Part shown: in pieces, positions 1 through 9,819 of the stretch
How positions within the stretch are numbered: position 1 is the stretch's first letter
Layout: each line of letters starts with the position of its first letter
Assembly: GCA_900545145.1 (NCBI GenBank)
Contig: UQYE01000003.1
Location: forward strand, 1,702-65,701
DNA from: an uncultured Collinsella sp.
Lineage (GTDB): Bacteria > Actinomycetota > Coriobacteriia > Coriobacteriales > Coriobacteriaceae
DNA: 64,000 nt
Direction of reading: 5' to 3'
Program-made: the position numbers and the translations under genes
Notes under the pieces: model-generated
Seen by the model: the letters and a program-made list of their open reading frames with translations, nothing else
Database searches by the model: none
Told to the model about the DNA's origin: nothing

Positions 1-540
1 CAGGTTTCGACAGGTATGAAGTACTCGTCCGAAAAAGGGGGACGCATTCCGTCTCGCTTTGTGCGAAGCATCGACTACAAAAGACCCAGCGACCACGTGC
101 ATCGCGATGGATCGCATGGATTTACGGCGGACGAAGACGATGCCGTCATGTTTTTCGAACGTTACCGCGTGATTCAGCAACGCGTATTCGATGCGAGTTC
201 GCGTTTCAACTTCGAGCTATGTGTCAAACGCCCGTTTGAGGCGCTTTCGGACAATCGGCAGAACTTTTATTACAGGGAGGAAAAGATGGAAACCGATTTG
301 GCAACCAAGGTACAGAGGCTTCGGGACCGCTACACCCTCAACTACGCTCAGGCCAAGGGATACGACCTGCTCGACAAGCTGATGATCGAGTCGTTGCTTG
401 CGTATCTGCGCGACGGGACGGTCTCAACCGTGGCGCGCGAGAGCTATGTGGCGCAGGCCGAGCGACTGATTGACGGCGCGGTCAAGTTGCCATGCGCGAC
501 AAGCCCCAAGGAGGGCGAAGGCATCGGCCGTATTTCCTAG
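1..540 (+). CDS. Hypothetical protein, probably 5'-truncated by the window edge
   Basis: Frame is open from base 1 (first ATG at 16) and stops at 540, just before the virD4-like RBS; no recognised motif. Confidence 0.55.
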   Translation, partial: QVSTGMKYSSEKGGRIPSRFVRSIDYKRPSDHVHRDGSHGFTADEDDAVMFFERYRVIQQRVFDASSRFNFELCVKRPFEALSDNRQNFYYREEKMETDLATKVQRLRDRYTLNYAQAKGYDLLDKLMIESLLAYLRDGTVSTVARESYVAQAERLIDGAVKLPCATSPKEGEGIGRIS

Positions 541-578
541 CAACTACGCAGAACCATCGACAAGAAAGGGGCCGTGAC

Positions 579-2063
579 ATGTCGGTCATTAAGATGTACG
601 GCTACGAGGCCGCGCAGCAAACGGAGTATCAAACCAAGAAGTGGGCGACTAAGGAGGAGATGCAGGCGCTGTCGTCTGGCGATGAGCAGCGCGATGTGAT
701 CCTGGCTAAGGGTGCCACGGTGGCGTTCTACGAGGACGACAAGCATTGGGAGACGAGTGTGTCCAACAATGTCTTTGCCTTTGGAGGTACCGGCAGCGGC
801 AAAACGGCGAGTTTCATTTTGCCCAACCTGCTCAATCACCACGAATGCTGTTATGTGGTCACAGACACCAAGGGTGAGCTGCTGCGCCGTACTGGGAAAG
901 GCTTTGAAGAGGACGGCTACGAGGTAACGGTTCTCGATACTGTTAATCCCGAGCAGTCGGCCGGATACGACCCTCTGCGTTACGTGATGGATGTCGAGGA
1001 CATCCCCACCACAGTGGCGGCAATCATGGAGGGGGTCGATCCTGACGGTCGTAGCCGTAGGTATGATCCGTTCTGGGATAATGCAAACGATCTGCTGCTT
1101 CGAGCAATTGTTGGAATCCTGTATCTCCTAGAGTGTCTTGCCGGCACCCTTGCGACGGGCGAGGACCCCAAAACTCCGCGCCGCTACCTTAAGATGAACA
1201 ACGTCTTTAAACTGGCTGCGCTCATCAAGGTTACGGGAGATGGTGAGGGGCGATTCCCGTTGGACTACCTTGTAGAAGAGGTGGAGTCCAGGGAGTTTCT
1301 CGATAAGTTTGGTGCGGAGAACGCTGATCTGTATGGCGTTGAGCAGTATCGTGATTTTCGCGGGGCAGCCGATAGGACGCTTAAGAGCATTCTGATCACG
1401 CTCAACGCGACCATCTCGCGGCTTAAGACTCCCCAGCTCATGCGCGTCTTTGAGAAAGACGAGATGCGCCTCGACCGTATCGACGAGGGCAAGCGCGTAA
1501 TCGATCTTAAGGTGAGCGACAACGACTCGACCAATGCATGGCTTGCGAACGTTGCCCTTAAGCAGCTGTTTAACCTGGCCCAGCGCCGTGCCGATGCCAG
1601 CCCCAGCGGCCATTTGCAGCGTCGCGTGCAGTTTGTGCTCGATGAGTTTCCCAATGTGGGACGCATCCCCGATTTTGAGCGCAGCATTGCGACCGTGCGC
1701 AGTCGTGGCATTAGCTTTTTAATGTGTGCGCAATCGCTGAGCCAGCTCGATGCCGTGTACGGCAAATCCACGGCGCTTACCATCCTCGATAACTGCGATA
1801 GCTTGGTCTATATGGGTGGCGGCAGCAACATCGCGACGCAGAACTACATAAGCGAACTGTGTGGCGAGTCGGTTTTGGGCACCAAGTACGTGGGCGCCGA
1901 GCGCACTGCCGTAGATGTACGCGGTTGCGTGATGACCCCAGGCGAGGTTGGGCTTATGCCTCGCACCGATTGCCTGGTCAAGGTGACCGGCATGCGTCCC
2001 TTCCGCGCCAAGAAGTACTTCTGCGGCGACCATCCCAACGCGGCCAAGTGGCTGAGGGATTAA
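579..2063 (+). CDS. virD4: VirD4/TraG-family type IV coupling protein (no N-terminal TM segments)
   Basis: Walker A GGTGSGKT, VVTDTKGEL, DPFW, Walker B FVLDEFPNVG, RSRGIS...QSLSQL...ILDNCD; RBS AGAAAGGGG before ATG 579. Confidence 0.9.
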   Translation: MSVIKMYGYEAAQQTEYQTKKWATKEEMQALSSGDEQRDVILAKGATVAFYEDDKHWETSVSNNVFAFGGTGSGKTASFILPNLLNHHECCYVVTDTKGELLRRTGKGFEEDGYEVTVLDTVNPEQSAGYDPLRYVMDVEDIPTTVAAIMEGVDPDGRSRRYDPFWDNANDLLLRAIVGILYLLECLAGTLATGEDPKTPRRYLKMNNVFKLAALIKVTGDGEGRFPLDYLVEEVESREFLDKFGAENADLYGVEQYRDFRGAADRTLKSILITLNATISRLKTPQLMRVFEKDEMRLDRIDEGKRVIDLKVSDNDSTNAWLANVALKQLFNLAQRRADASPSGHLQRRVQFVLDEFPNVGRIPDFERSIATVRSRGISFLMCAQSLSQLDAVYGKSTALTILDNCDSLVYMGGGSNIATQNYISELCGESVLGTKYVGAERTAVDVRGCVMTPGEVGLMPRTDCLVKVTGMRPFRAKKYFCGDHPNAAKWLRD

Positions 2064-2172
2064 CCCTTGCAGCCTCGCGCATTCTGACCTGTATTTTGGC
2101 TGCACGGCCTCTGTTTGCCATGTGCCGTGCGGCCAGTTTCCCTTATCGATTCCATCTAGAGAGGAATTAACC

Positions 2173-2775
2173 ATGTCCGTTATGTATCGTGAGCCCAGCA
2201 TCATAAAGAAGTCCAAGGACGGCCGTGTTGCCGCTGTCGATATGGCAAGCGAATTGCTCAACAGTCGTGTGCTGCTGCTGGAGGGCGAGGTCAACGATGT
2301 GACCTGCAACGGCCTTATTAAGTCCATGTTGGTGCTGGAACATCAAAGTGCGACCGAGCCCATCACCCTCATCATCAACAGCCCAGGCGGCAGCGTTACG
2401 GCGGGGCTGGCGCTCATCGACACCATGCAGTCGCTCGACTGCCCCGTGATCACGGTGGGTGAGGGCGTCGTGGCCTCGATGGCCGCGGTGATCCTGGCCT
2501 GCGGCGACCACCGCCAGGTGTACCGCCACACGCAGGTGCTCATCCACCAACTGATGGGCGGCACAGGCATGGCGCAGCAGACCGATATCGAGATTGTGGC
2601 CCAGCATACAGCGGCCATGCGCGCCGAGCTGGACGAGCTGCTGGCCGAGCATGGCAACCTGAGCGCCCAGGAGTTCCACGAGCTCACCGAGCGCGATTGC
2701 TGGTGCAATGCCAAGCGCGCCCTAGAGCTGGGCCTGGTGGACGAGGTGATTGCGCCCAGCAAGAAAGCGCTCTAG
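2173..2775 (+). CDS. clpP: ClpP-family serine protease, island-encoded
   Basis: INSPGGSV, ASMAA (Ser), LIHQ (His), TERD (Asp), A.ELGLVDEV; RBS GAGGAA. Confidence 0.9.
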   Translation: MSVMYREPSIIKKSKDGRVAAVDMASELLNSRVLLLEGEVNDVTCNGLIKSMLVLEHQSATEPITLIINSPGGSVTAGLALIDTMQSLDCPVITVGEGVVASMAAVILACGDHRQVYRHTQVLIHQLMGGTGMAQQTDIEIVAQHTAAMRAELDELLAEHGNLSAQEFHELTERDCWCNAKRALELGLVDEVIAPSKKAL

Positions 2776-2849
2776 TGGGGTGCATGCCTTACAAGCACGT
2801 TAAACAGGGCGAATGAGCACGTAGTTGAACAGCCAGAAAGAGGTTGAAC

Positions 2850-3662
2850 ATGAGCAGGATTTGGGATGTCGACGGTATTGAGTGGGAAGATCTGCCCACC
2901 GTGAGCGACCTGCTGTGCGCTGCGGACACAAAGATCCTGGCACGCGAGGTTGCCCTGCGATACGGCGGCAAGCCGGACGACCGTGGCCGTGTCGATAGCG
3001 AGCGCAACCTAAAGCGTGTCCGCCGCAAGGTCAAAAAGCTGCGCAAGATCGACCCCGAGCCCAGCGACAAGATCGTCCTGTTGCCCAAGCATGTCATCAA
3101 TCGTCGCGATGCGGGCCACGGCTTTGGCTATTACGATGTAGAGCCGTGCGCCTTTACGCGCAGTGGCGCGCAAAAGTCAGGGGAGGACGCGTGTGCTGAG
3201 GTGTACCCGTGGGAGCTGTTCCTACTGAACGAGGAGCCTGCAAGCGTCGTTCTGGGCTATCGCGTATGGCTCGGCGGCGAATGGGACCTATGCGAACGTT
3301 ATCGCTTTTTGGCTGTGGCGTGCGCCAGCGCGCTGCATCGCTTCCGCGAGCAAAAGGAGCTGCGCAAGTGTCTCAAGAAGGACGATGCAGCCTGTGACAT
3401 GGGCGAGGATGAGGTGATCGAAGGTGTTCGCCAGGACGTGCTGTATCCCGAGGAGGTAATCAACGCAAAGCTCGGCGGCTATTGGGATACGAGCCTGGGG
3501 CTCAATCTGCCCTGGAAGGACGAGCATTTCGAGACCTGCGTACGGATCGACAGGGCAATCGATGACCTGTTTGCCGAGGAGACGAAGCGCAATGCCGCGG
3601 AGCTTGGGAGGAAGCTTGGGCGTGGGTATGAGGGGTGCGGGGAGTGGTTGGACGGAGATTGA
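2850..3662 (+). CDS. Hypothetical protein
   Basis: Long ORF with RBS GAAAGAGG; a degenerate second copy of its 3' half lies at about 5638-5983. Confidence 0.7.
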   Translation: MSRIWDVDGIEWEDLPTVSDLLCAADTKILAREVALRYGGKPDDRGRVDSERNLKRVRRKVKKLRKIDPEPSDKIVLLPKHVINRRDAGHGFGYYDVEPCAFTRSGAQKSGEDACAEVYPWELFLLNEEPASVVLGYRVWLGGEWDLCERYRFLAVACASALHRFREQKELRKCLKKDDAACDMGEDEVIEGVRQDVLYPEEVINAKLGGYWDTSLGLNLPWKDEHFETCVRIDRAIDDLFAEETKRNAAELGRKLGRGYEGCGEWLDGD

Positions 3663-3770
3663 CTGCAAGAGTGGTTCCTGTGAATGATCGGTGGCGGCTC
3701 GGCAATAAACTGTCCGAACGAAATGATAGAACGATAGCGTAAATAGCACCCGTACTTTAAGGAGTTAACA

Positions 3771-4208
3771 ATGGAAATCGCCTATAAGGAACTGTTTCGT
3801 GTAAACCGTCCTATCTACGGTCCTGGACCAGGAGGTTTCTTCATTAAAAGATTCAAGAAAAGCGGATACAGCGAGGCTGAATTACTCGATTTAATTTCAG
3901 GAATGGACTTCTCTCTCGCTGGAGCTGATGGGGACATTAGCCTGGAAAAGAAATGCAAAATAATCGAACGGGCGGTTGCTGAGACGCATTATACGAGCTG
4001 GGCCCTTAGCCTGATTGGCATCATTGCCTCTCTTATGGCTGGAGGATATTTGTCTGCGCTGATAGCCAGTAATCCAACTTTAGCCGAGATTTTCATGGTG
4101 CTATTCCTGGTTGCCTTGGGAATATATGCGTGGTTCCGGTATTGCTTTGAGCGAAATAGGACCGTGCTATTGTGTGCGTTGAATCACATAAAGACGCTTC
4201 AACCATAG
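3771..4208 (+). CDS. Small membrane protein with two predicted TM helices, AT-richer
   Basis: RBS AAGGAG; two hydrophobic stretches in the C-terminal half. Confidence 0.7.
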   Translation: MEIAYKELFRVNRPIYGPGPGGFFIKRFKKSGYSEAELLDLISGMDFSLAGADGDISLEKKCKIIERAVAETHYTSWALSLIGIIASLMAGGYLSALIASNPTLAEIFMVLFLVALGIYAWFRYCFERNRTVLLCALNHIKTLQP

Positions 4209-4230
4209 CCCATAAGGGCGAAAGACTCAT

Positions 4231-4374
4231 CAATTACGATTCAAGATGTTGCTTGACGGGACTATCGAACAAGGCGCTGTTGGTCGCTAGCCATATCAAG
4301 TCCTGTATAGTCTCTGACCCAATGACGGAGCGCCTCGCGCCCGACAACGGATTACTCTTGAACGCATTGCACGA
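4231..4374 (+). pseudogene. HNH endonuclease internal fragment
   Basis: Translates NYDSRCCLTGL...LLVASHIK...DNGLLLNALHD; nucleotide-similar to 6532-6675. Confidence 0.85.
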
Positions 4375-4386
4375 TTACAGGAAGGA

Positions 4387-5163
4387 ATGACCATGTTCGA
4401 TCTCAAATGCTCGATGCAGGCCCAGCTCGATAACCTATGGCTCAAGCCGGAAGATCTTGCAGGAGGTCTCGGCATTCGCGTCTCGAGCGTCCGAAAATGG
4501 CTCGACCCCGAGCTCGACTGTATGCCGGTCAAGGATGCCTTCGACTGGATAAGCGACCAGATCGAAAAGCTCGGCGACCTCACACTGCAATGCTTGAATG
4601 ACGCGAACGATTCCTACGAGAAGTTCGGCCAGCATATCGTTCGCTGGTACCGAGATGAAGATCTGCCCGATACTGAACCGGGAGGCCTTTACAATCTCGC
4701 GAGCCGCCTTGCCGCCGACCAACTCGCCGCGAAGGGTATAGAGTGCTCTACTGTCTATGCATCCCGCGACGGCGAGTGGATCGAGCAGAACCTGGACTTT
4801 TCCCCCGATATCGATCTCAAGGCTGCATTTGCCGCGCAAGCGGACGCCTTGGGAGTACCGACGTCCGAGATCGCGGCAGCATTGGGTATTACAAACCGAT
4901 CAGTTAAGGACTGGAAAAACCCCAAGCGGGACACGATGCTGCCGGTAGACGAGGCATGGGACTTTCTGGATGAATACGCCGAGGCGCTTGATATCCGCAC
5001 GGCCGAACTCCTCGAAAGCATGCCGAACCCGATGCCGTACCATCCTATGACTCGCCTCGGAACCCTAACGAAACAGCAGAGAATCGACAACCGTGCGGCG
5101 CAGGCGGCGGCTAGACAAATCATGGGCGACGGTAAGGTCGTAGTCGATTTCGTATATGTCTAA
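4387..5163 (+). CDS. Protein with two tandem XRE-type HTH modules (DUF1870/Aca2-YdiL-like, tentative)
   Basis: Internal duplication: LAGGLGIRVSSVRKWLDP..MPVKDAFDWI and IAAALGITNRSVKDWKNP..LPVDEAWDFL. Confidence 0.7.
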   Translation: MTMFDLKCSMQAQLDNLWLKPEDLAGGLGIRVSSVRKWLDPELDCMPVKDAFDWISDQIEKLGDLTLQCLNDANDSYEKFGQHIVRWYRDEDLPDTEPGGLYNLASRLAADQLAAKGIECSTVYASRDGEWIEQNLDFSPDIDLKAAFAAQADALGVPTSEIAAALGITNRSVKDWKNPKRDTMLPVDEAWDFLDEYAEALDIRTAELLESMPNPMPYHPMTRLGTLTKQQRIDNRAAQAAARQIMGDGKVVVDFVYV

Positions 5164-5235
5164 AGCCGTCCGGCGGCCATAGGCAATTGCACCCTGATGG
5201 ATGGACCGCAGGTGAGGCATGCGAATAGCCAGGCC

Positions 5236-5499
5236 CTACTTCTTCGCATCGCCGCGCGGCTTGTTCTCATCAATCCCGCGCAGGTCGAACTGCTTGCTAC
5301 CCCGTTTAAGCACGAGCTGCCAGCCGCACGCATCGCAGATTTTGACGAATTCATCGATGGTGAACCGCGTGTTGTTATGCAGGCGAGTAGACAGGCTACC
5401 CTTCTGCTTACCGGTTTTAACGGATGCATCCTGCAGAGTCATGCCGCAATCCTGCACCATATAACGAATAGCGTCCGATGATCCGATCCGTTCAAGCAC
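5236..5499 (-). CDS. Small HTH (Cro/XRE-like) protein
   Basis: GTG start with AGAGG RBS; MTLQDASVKTGKQKGSLSTRL...FTIDEFVKICDACG pattern. Confidence 0.65.
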   Translation of the reverse strand: MLERIGSSDAIRYMVQDCGMTLQDASVKTGKQKGSLSTRLHNNTRFTIDEFVKICDACGWQLVLKRGSKQFDLRGIDENKPRGDAKK

Positions 5500-5637
5500 T
5501 GAATACCTCTTTCAAATATACGATAATATATTTTGATTATAGCCAATCTAGTTTTATTCTAGAAGTGGCGTGACAATCGGATACTACCGCCGGTGCCGGA
5601 TCGCGGCCCAGATGTATCCGACTAGCCCCCGAGATTG

Positions 5638-5983
5638 CGCTTTTTGGCCGTGGTGTGTGCCAGCGTGCTGAATCGCATCCGCGAGCAAAAGGAGCTGCGC
5701 CAGTGCCTCGAGGGGGGGGCGATGCAGCCTGTGATATGGACGAGGACGAGGCGATTGAAGGTGTTCGCCGCGACGCGCTGTATCCCGAGGAAGTAATCAA
5801 CGCCAAGCTCGGCGGCTCTTGAGATGCGAGCCTGGGACTCAACCTGCCCTGGAAGGATGAGCATCGGCAGACTTGCGCGCGGATCGACAGGGCTATCGAT
5901 GACCTGTTTGCCGAGGAAAAGTAGCGCTGTGCTGCGGAGCTTGGGAAGAAGCTTGGGCGCGGGTGTGAGAAGCGCGGGGAAGT
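5638..5983 (+). pseudogene. Degenerate copy of the 3' half of the 2850-3662 gene
   Basis: Aligns by eye to about 3303-3648; contains a poly-G indel and stop codons (for example TGG>TGA near 5821). Confidence 0.85.
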
Positions 5984-6091
5984 GCCGTTGTCTCAACTAT
6001 TCACCGACGAATGAGAAAAGGCGGTGAGTGCGGTCTCCTGCATGATTATCCTGGACCTATTGAGTGAGCGGTGCGCGGGCGAGGAGCAATC

Positions 6092-6869
6092 ATGGCCGGC
6101 CGTGGAGACAAATGGTCGAGGGAAGAAACCCTTGCGGTTCTGTTCCTATACCTCGCCCTGCCGTCAAAAATGGTTGATGACAAAAGCGAGGATGTCCAGG
6201 CGTTAGCCAAGGCCATTGGCAGAACGCCGGGCGTAGTTGCTTAAAAATCTGGAATCTCGCATCTTTCGATGAGCGTCGACGCGCTCGCGGCAAGGTTGGA
6301 ATGATCCATGCAAACAAAAATGGACAAGCTAGTCTGGGCCAAGTATTCCTTTGCTGGAGATGAACTCGTCGAGGAGGCGACCGAGGTTTTCCTTAATCGC
6401 TTTGATTTTGAAGAAGCGCTAAGCGATGAGTTGAAAGAGGCGATTGGCTTTGATTTGCCAGAGGGCGAAGAGCGCGAAGCAATTGTCTCGATGCGAGTGA
6501 ACCAGGAGTTCTTTCGAAATACCTTGCTTACCAATTACAATTCAAGGTGTTGCTTGACGGGGCTATCGAACGAGGCGCTGTTGGTCGCCAGCCATATCAA
6601 GCCCTGGACAGCCTCTGATTCAAAAGCGGAAGGACCTGCGCCCGACAACGGTTTGCTTCTAAATGCGCTACACGACAAAGCGTTCGATCGGGGGACTACT
6701 CACCATTAAAAAGGACCTGAAGGCAGTAATGTTCGGCGTGGTCGGACACGAGACGCCTGAAGACAAGTATTTGTGACACTACAACGGAGAGCCGACAACG
6801 CTTCCGAAGCGATTCGCCCCACGAGCTGAGTTTATTGAGTATCACAATTATATGGTGTTTAAAGGGTAG
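6092..6869 (+). pseudogene. HNH endonuclease (putative restriction endonuclease), disrupted
   Basis: RBS GAGGAG + ATG 6092; WSREETLAVLFLY...AKAIGRTPG, then stop/frameshifts; RVNQEFFRNTLLTNYNSRCCLTGL..ASHIKPW..NGLLLNALHDKAFDRG; out-of-frame C-terminus EFIEYHNYMVFKG. Confidence 0.85.
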
Positions 6870-7062
6870 GGTTTAACTCGTCTGCTTTCAGTGCGTTTCT
6901 CACATAATTGCCTTAGCCCTTCCAGCTAAGTCGGTATTGAGGAATGAGGAAAATTCCAGCTAAATATTAGAGTGCGGCGAAATATTCGCCCGCCGTCTTT
7001 TATGCGTTCTGCAATTCGGTCGCCTAGTGCCTGCCTTTGTTGCACCTGGTGCATGTGGAATT

Positions 7063-7665
7063 TCAGCCGTCTACGTCAGCATCCACGTCGGCTGGAATTC
7101 CATTGAAATCAAATGGTCCGCGCGTGCGGTCGTATGCAGCCATGATAACGTCAATAGCGTTTACGGCCCCAATTGCTTGGCACAGGTCGACACGCTGCTC
7201 TAGGAAATCATTAAATCTGGCGCGAAGCTGCTTGGCTGTTGCGTGAATGAAAAAGTCGGGATCTTGTTTTTCGAGTTCGGCCAAGAAGATGGTGTCCAGC
7301 CTTGCGCATATGGCTTCAATGCGGCGGGATTCCTGGCGGAAGGCGTGGCTTGCCACTTTCGAATTCTTCGTTAGTAAATAATCGAGGTAATCGCTGAGCG
7401 ATTGTTTGAATTCGGGCAATAGCTTGTCGTACCGAGATTGAATTGCTCCAGGTGCGATCGCGGGGTCTGGTTCAGTACGTCCAACAATGATGTCTATGGA
7501 TACGTCAAATACATCTGCAAGACGCCATGCAGCAGCAAGTGGAATTTTATCAGGCCGACTTTCATATCGTGCGTACGTAGTAAATGGAATGCTCAGGGCC
7601 TTGGCGAAGCTTTTCGCAGACTTGTATCCAGCCTCTTTTCTCAGCTCCTGTAGATTGTCTTTCAT
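7063..7665 (-). CDS. XRE-family HTH transcriptional regulator
   Basis: N-terminal LQELRKEAGY..FAKALSIPFTTYARYE...LADVFDVSIDIIVGRT. Confidence 0.88.
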   Translation of the reverse strand: MKDNLQELRKEAGYKSAKSFAKALSIPFTTYARYESRPDKIPLAAAWRLADVFDVSIDIIVGRTEPDPAIAPGAIQSRYDKLLPEFKQSLSDYLDYLLTKNSKVASHAFRQESRRIEAICARLDTIFLAELEKQDPDFFIHATAKQLRARFNDFLEQRVDLCQAIGAVNAIDVIMAAYDRTRGPFDFNGIPADVDADVDG

Positions 7666-7730
7666 AGTCGTCGGCTTTCTCTGACTGTGTCTACGGAATA
7701 ATGCGCATTGATATAAATCGATGATAATGC

Positions 7731-7769
7731 ATCAAACATATATTTCATAATCTGATATATATGTTTGAT
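7731..7769. promoter_or_regulatory. Perfect 13-bp inverted repeat, putative XRE operator
   Basis: ATCAAACATATAT-N13-ATATATGTTTGAT in the AT-rich divergent intergenic region between the XRE gene and the MTase operon. Confidence 0.55.
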
Positions 7770-8194
7770 AATAATTATTAAATTATGAGATAATACCAAA
7801 TAAAGATAATTAATTTATATTGAATTTTACATTATGGAACTATTCGAGCTCCCTGTTCAATAAGAGGTCTTGAGTAAAGACAATGCGACCATCGAGGAGG
7901 GGCTTAGATTATCAATATCAACGATTGGCGTTTATTGCTGGAAGAGCAAGCGGTTTGGGCGGAAGGGCTCGACTTGAATGGGGCATAAGCGATGTTCACT
8001 ATACTTTTTCTGCTTAGTTGCGTAACTGATTTATGCGCCAGTTTCTGGTGTTAATATTTAGCTTTTGCCAATTACCAGAGGTGCGACTGGAGGGTCATAT
8101 GGTTAAATCCATAACTGAAAACCGCTGCTGGGACTATTCGGTTTGTAGTAATAAACGATGCTCATCCCTTGTCTATTATTGGGGGCTTTAGCTC

Positions 8195-9817
8195 GTGAAA
8201 TACGGTTCTGTATACACAACGAATTCTCTGGCTGACTTTGTTGTTTCGCTGCTAAAGGTCGAGCGCGCTTCTGCCCGCACGCCGTCTTTTGGCGTTTGCT
8301 TGGACCCGGCATGCGGGGGCTCTTCTTTACTTAATGCCGTTGCACGCGGTGATGTTCGGCATTCGTTACTTTATGGCGTTGACGTTGACCCTGAGGCCAT
8401 AGAGATTTCACGCACTTATTCCGAAATAATAGGCTCGGAAATAATTTATAAAGATTTTCTGCGTCCATCTGCAAAGACGGATCCGAAAGCGTATTGGCTG
8501 GAGCGTTTGGCTCGTGTCGACACAATTATTGCTAACCCACCTTGGAGCTCCGACCGTATTTACGATCGTGATGAGTTGCTGCTGCGTGGCTATAAAAATG
8601 TTGATGGACAGTATGATTGCTACGCCCTCTTCGTAGAGCTTTCCATGGCCATATTACATGCGAATGGGTTTGCTGCCTTTATTCTCCCCGATTCATTATT
8701 TTCGGCAACAGCTTATGGTTTACGTCGATTTATTGCTACGAAATATGAGATAAAAGTAATCGCGCGTCTTGGAGAAAAACTTTTCGAGGGGGTTCATCGT
8801 GCGACAACGGTTGTCGTTGTCCGCAAGTGTATACCAAGTGATGCCAGTTTAACAAAGTGCTTCCGGCTTACGACATCGGATAGAAAGGCCGTTTTAGGTG
8901 GAGACAAGACGCTCGAGACAGTTTTTGAAGAACAATATCGCGTTAAACGCCAGATGGATTTTCTAAGAAATGAAGACTGCCTATTTGATATAGATGTGGC
9001 AAGTGAAGATCATGCGGTTATTGAGAGAATTAGGTCTCATGGAGGCAAATGGTCTTTTGACGTTTCTTTCCATCGAGGTGTAGAAATCTCAAAGCGCGGA
9101 ACCGTCTTTTACTGTCCGAAATGTGGTGGAGCAAACACCGCGGCGTTATTTTCGGGCCTTGCTCTTAAGCGTTGTAAATGCTGCGGGCGCGAGGTTGAAG
9201 TGTCGAGCTCGGAACTTGAATCCGTCATGCAGTTCAGGCCCGCCGATGGTTTTGTTCCTATATTTGTTGGTGAATCTGTTGGACGATATTCGTTGTCATG
9301 CCAACGGTATTTGAAACTTGGAGTTGAGGGCATTAATTACAAGGACCTTGATGATTATAAGCCCATGAAGATTCTTGTTAGAAAGACTGGGTTAGGAATT
9401 AAAAGCGTTGTTGACGATAGCGGCAGGATGGTAAATCAAGCTGTCTACTTCTTTACCGCAGGCGAAGGGTTGAGAGAGGACGCATTGTACTTTTACAATG
9501 CGCTGCTTAACTCGAGGGTTATTTTTTATTACTACATGAAGCTGTATGGTGAGAATGAGTGGAAATCACACCCCTACTTAACAAAACGGATTCTTCAGGA
9601 ACTACCGATCATCAGATTTGACAACAAAAGTGAACTTCATCATCAAATTGCTGACGGCGCTCGGAAACTGAATCTTCACTACACGGCGGCAATCGATGCG
9701 GAACTTGAGTTGCTTGTTACGCTAGCATACGGCCTTGATAGAAAAGAGGTCGAGCGTATCAAGCACGAGATGGCGGAGCTGCCCGATTTGGGCGCACTGA
9801 GGGAAATGAAACAATAG
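8195..9817 (+). CDS. N6-adenine DNA methyltransferase (gamma class, TaqI/Eco57I-like) with Cys4 zinc-ribbon insertion
   Basis: Motif I LDPACGGS, motif IV IIANPPW, GFAAFILPDS; CPKC...CKCC; TaqI_C-like KILVRKTG...ALLNSRVIFYYY. Confidence 0.85.
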   Translation: MKYGSVYTTNSLADFVVSLLKVERASARTPSFGVCLDPACGGSSLLNAVARGDVRHSLLYGVDVDPEAIEISRTYSEIIGSEIIYKDFLRPSAKTDPKAYWLERLARVDTIIANPPWSSDRIYDRDELLLRGYKNVDGQYDCYALFVELSMAILHANGFAAFILPDSLFSATAYGLRRFIATKYEIKVIARLGEKLFEGVHRATTVVVVRKCIPSDASLTKCFRLTTSDRKAVLGGDKTLETVFEEQYRVKRQMDFLRNEDCLFDIDVASEDHAVIERIRSHGGKWSFDVSFHRGVEISKRGTVFYCPKCGGANTAALFSGLALKRCKCCGREVEVSSSELESVMQFRPADGFVPIFVGESVGRYSLSCQRYLKLGVEGINYKDLDDYKPMKILVRKTGLGIKSVVDDSGRMVNQAVYFFTAGEGLREDALYFYNALLNSRVIFYYYMKLYGENEWKSHPYLTKRILQELPIIRFDNKSELHHQIADGARKLNLHYTAAIDAELELLVTLAYGLDRKEVERIKHEMAELPDLGALREMKQ

Positions 9818-9819
9818 GC

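Noticed and set aside
2173..2775. Prophage head-maturation protease
   Set aside because: No portal, terminase or capsid genes adjacent; the sequence resembles housekeeping-type ClpP.
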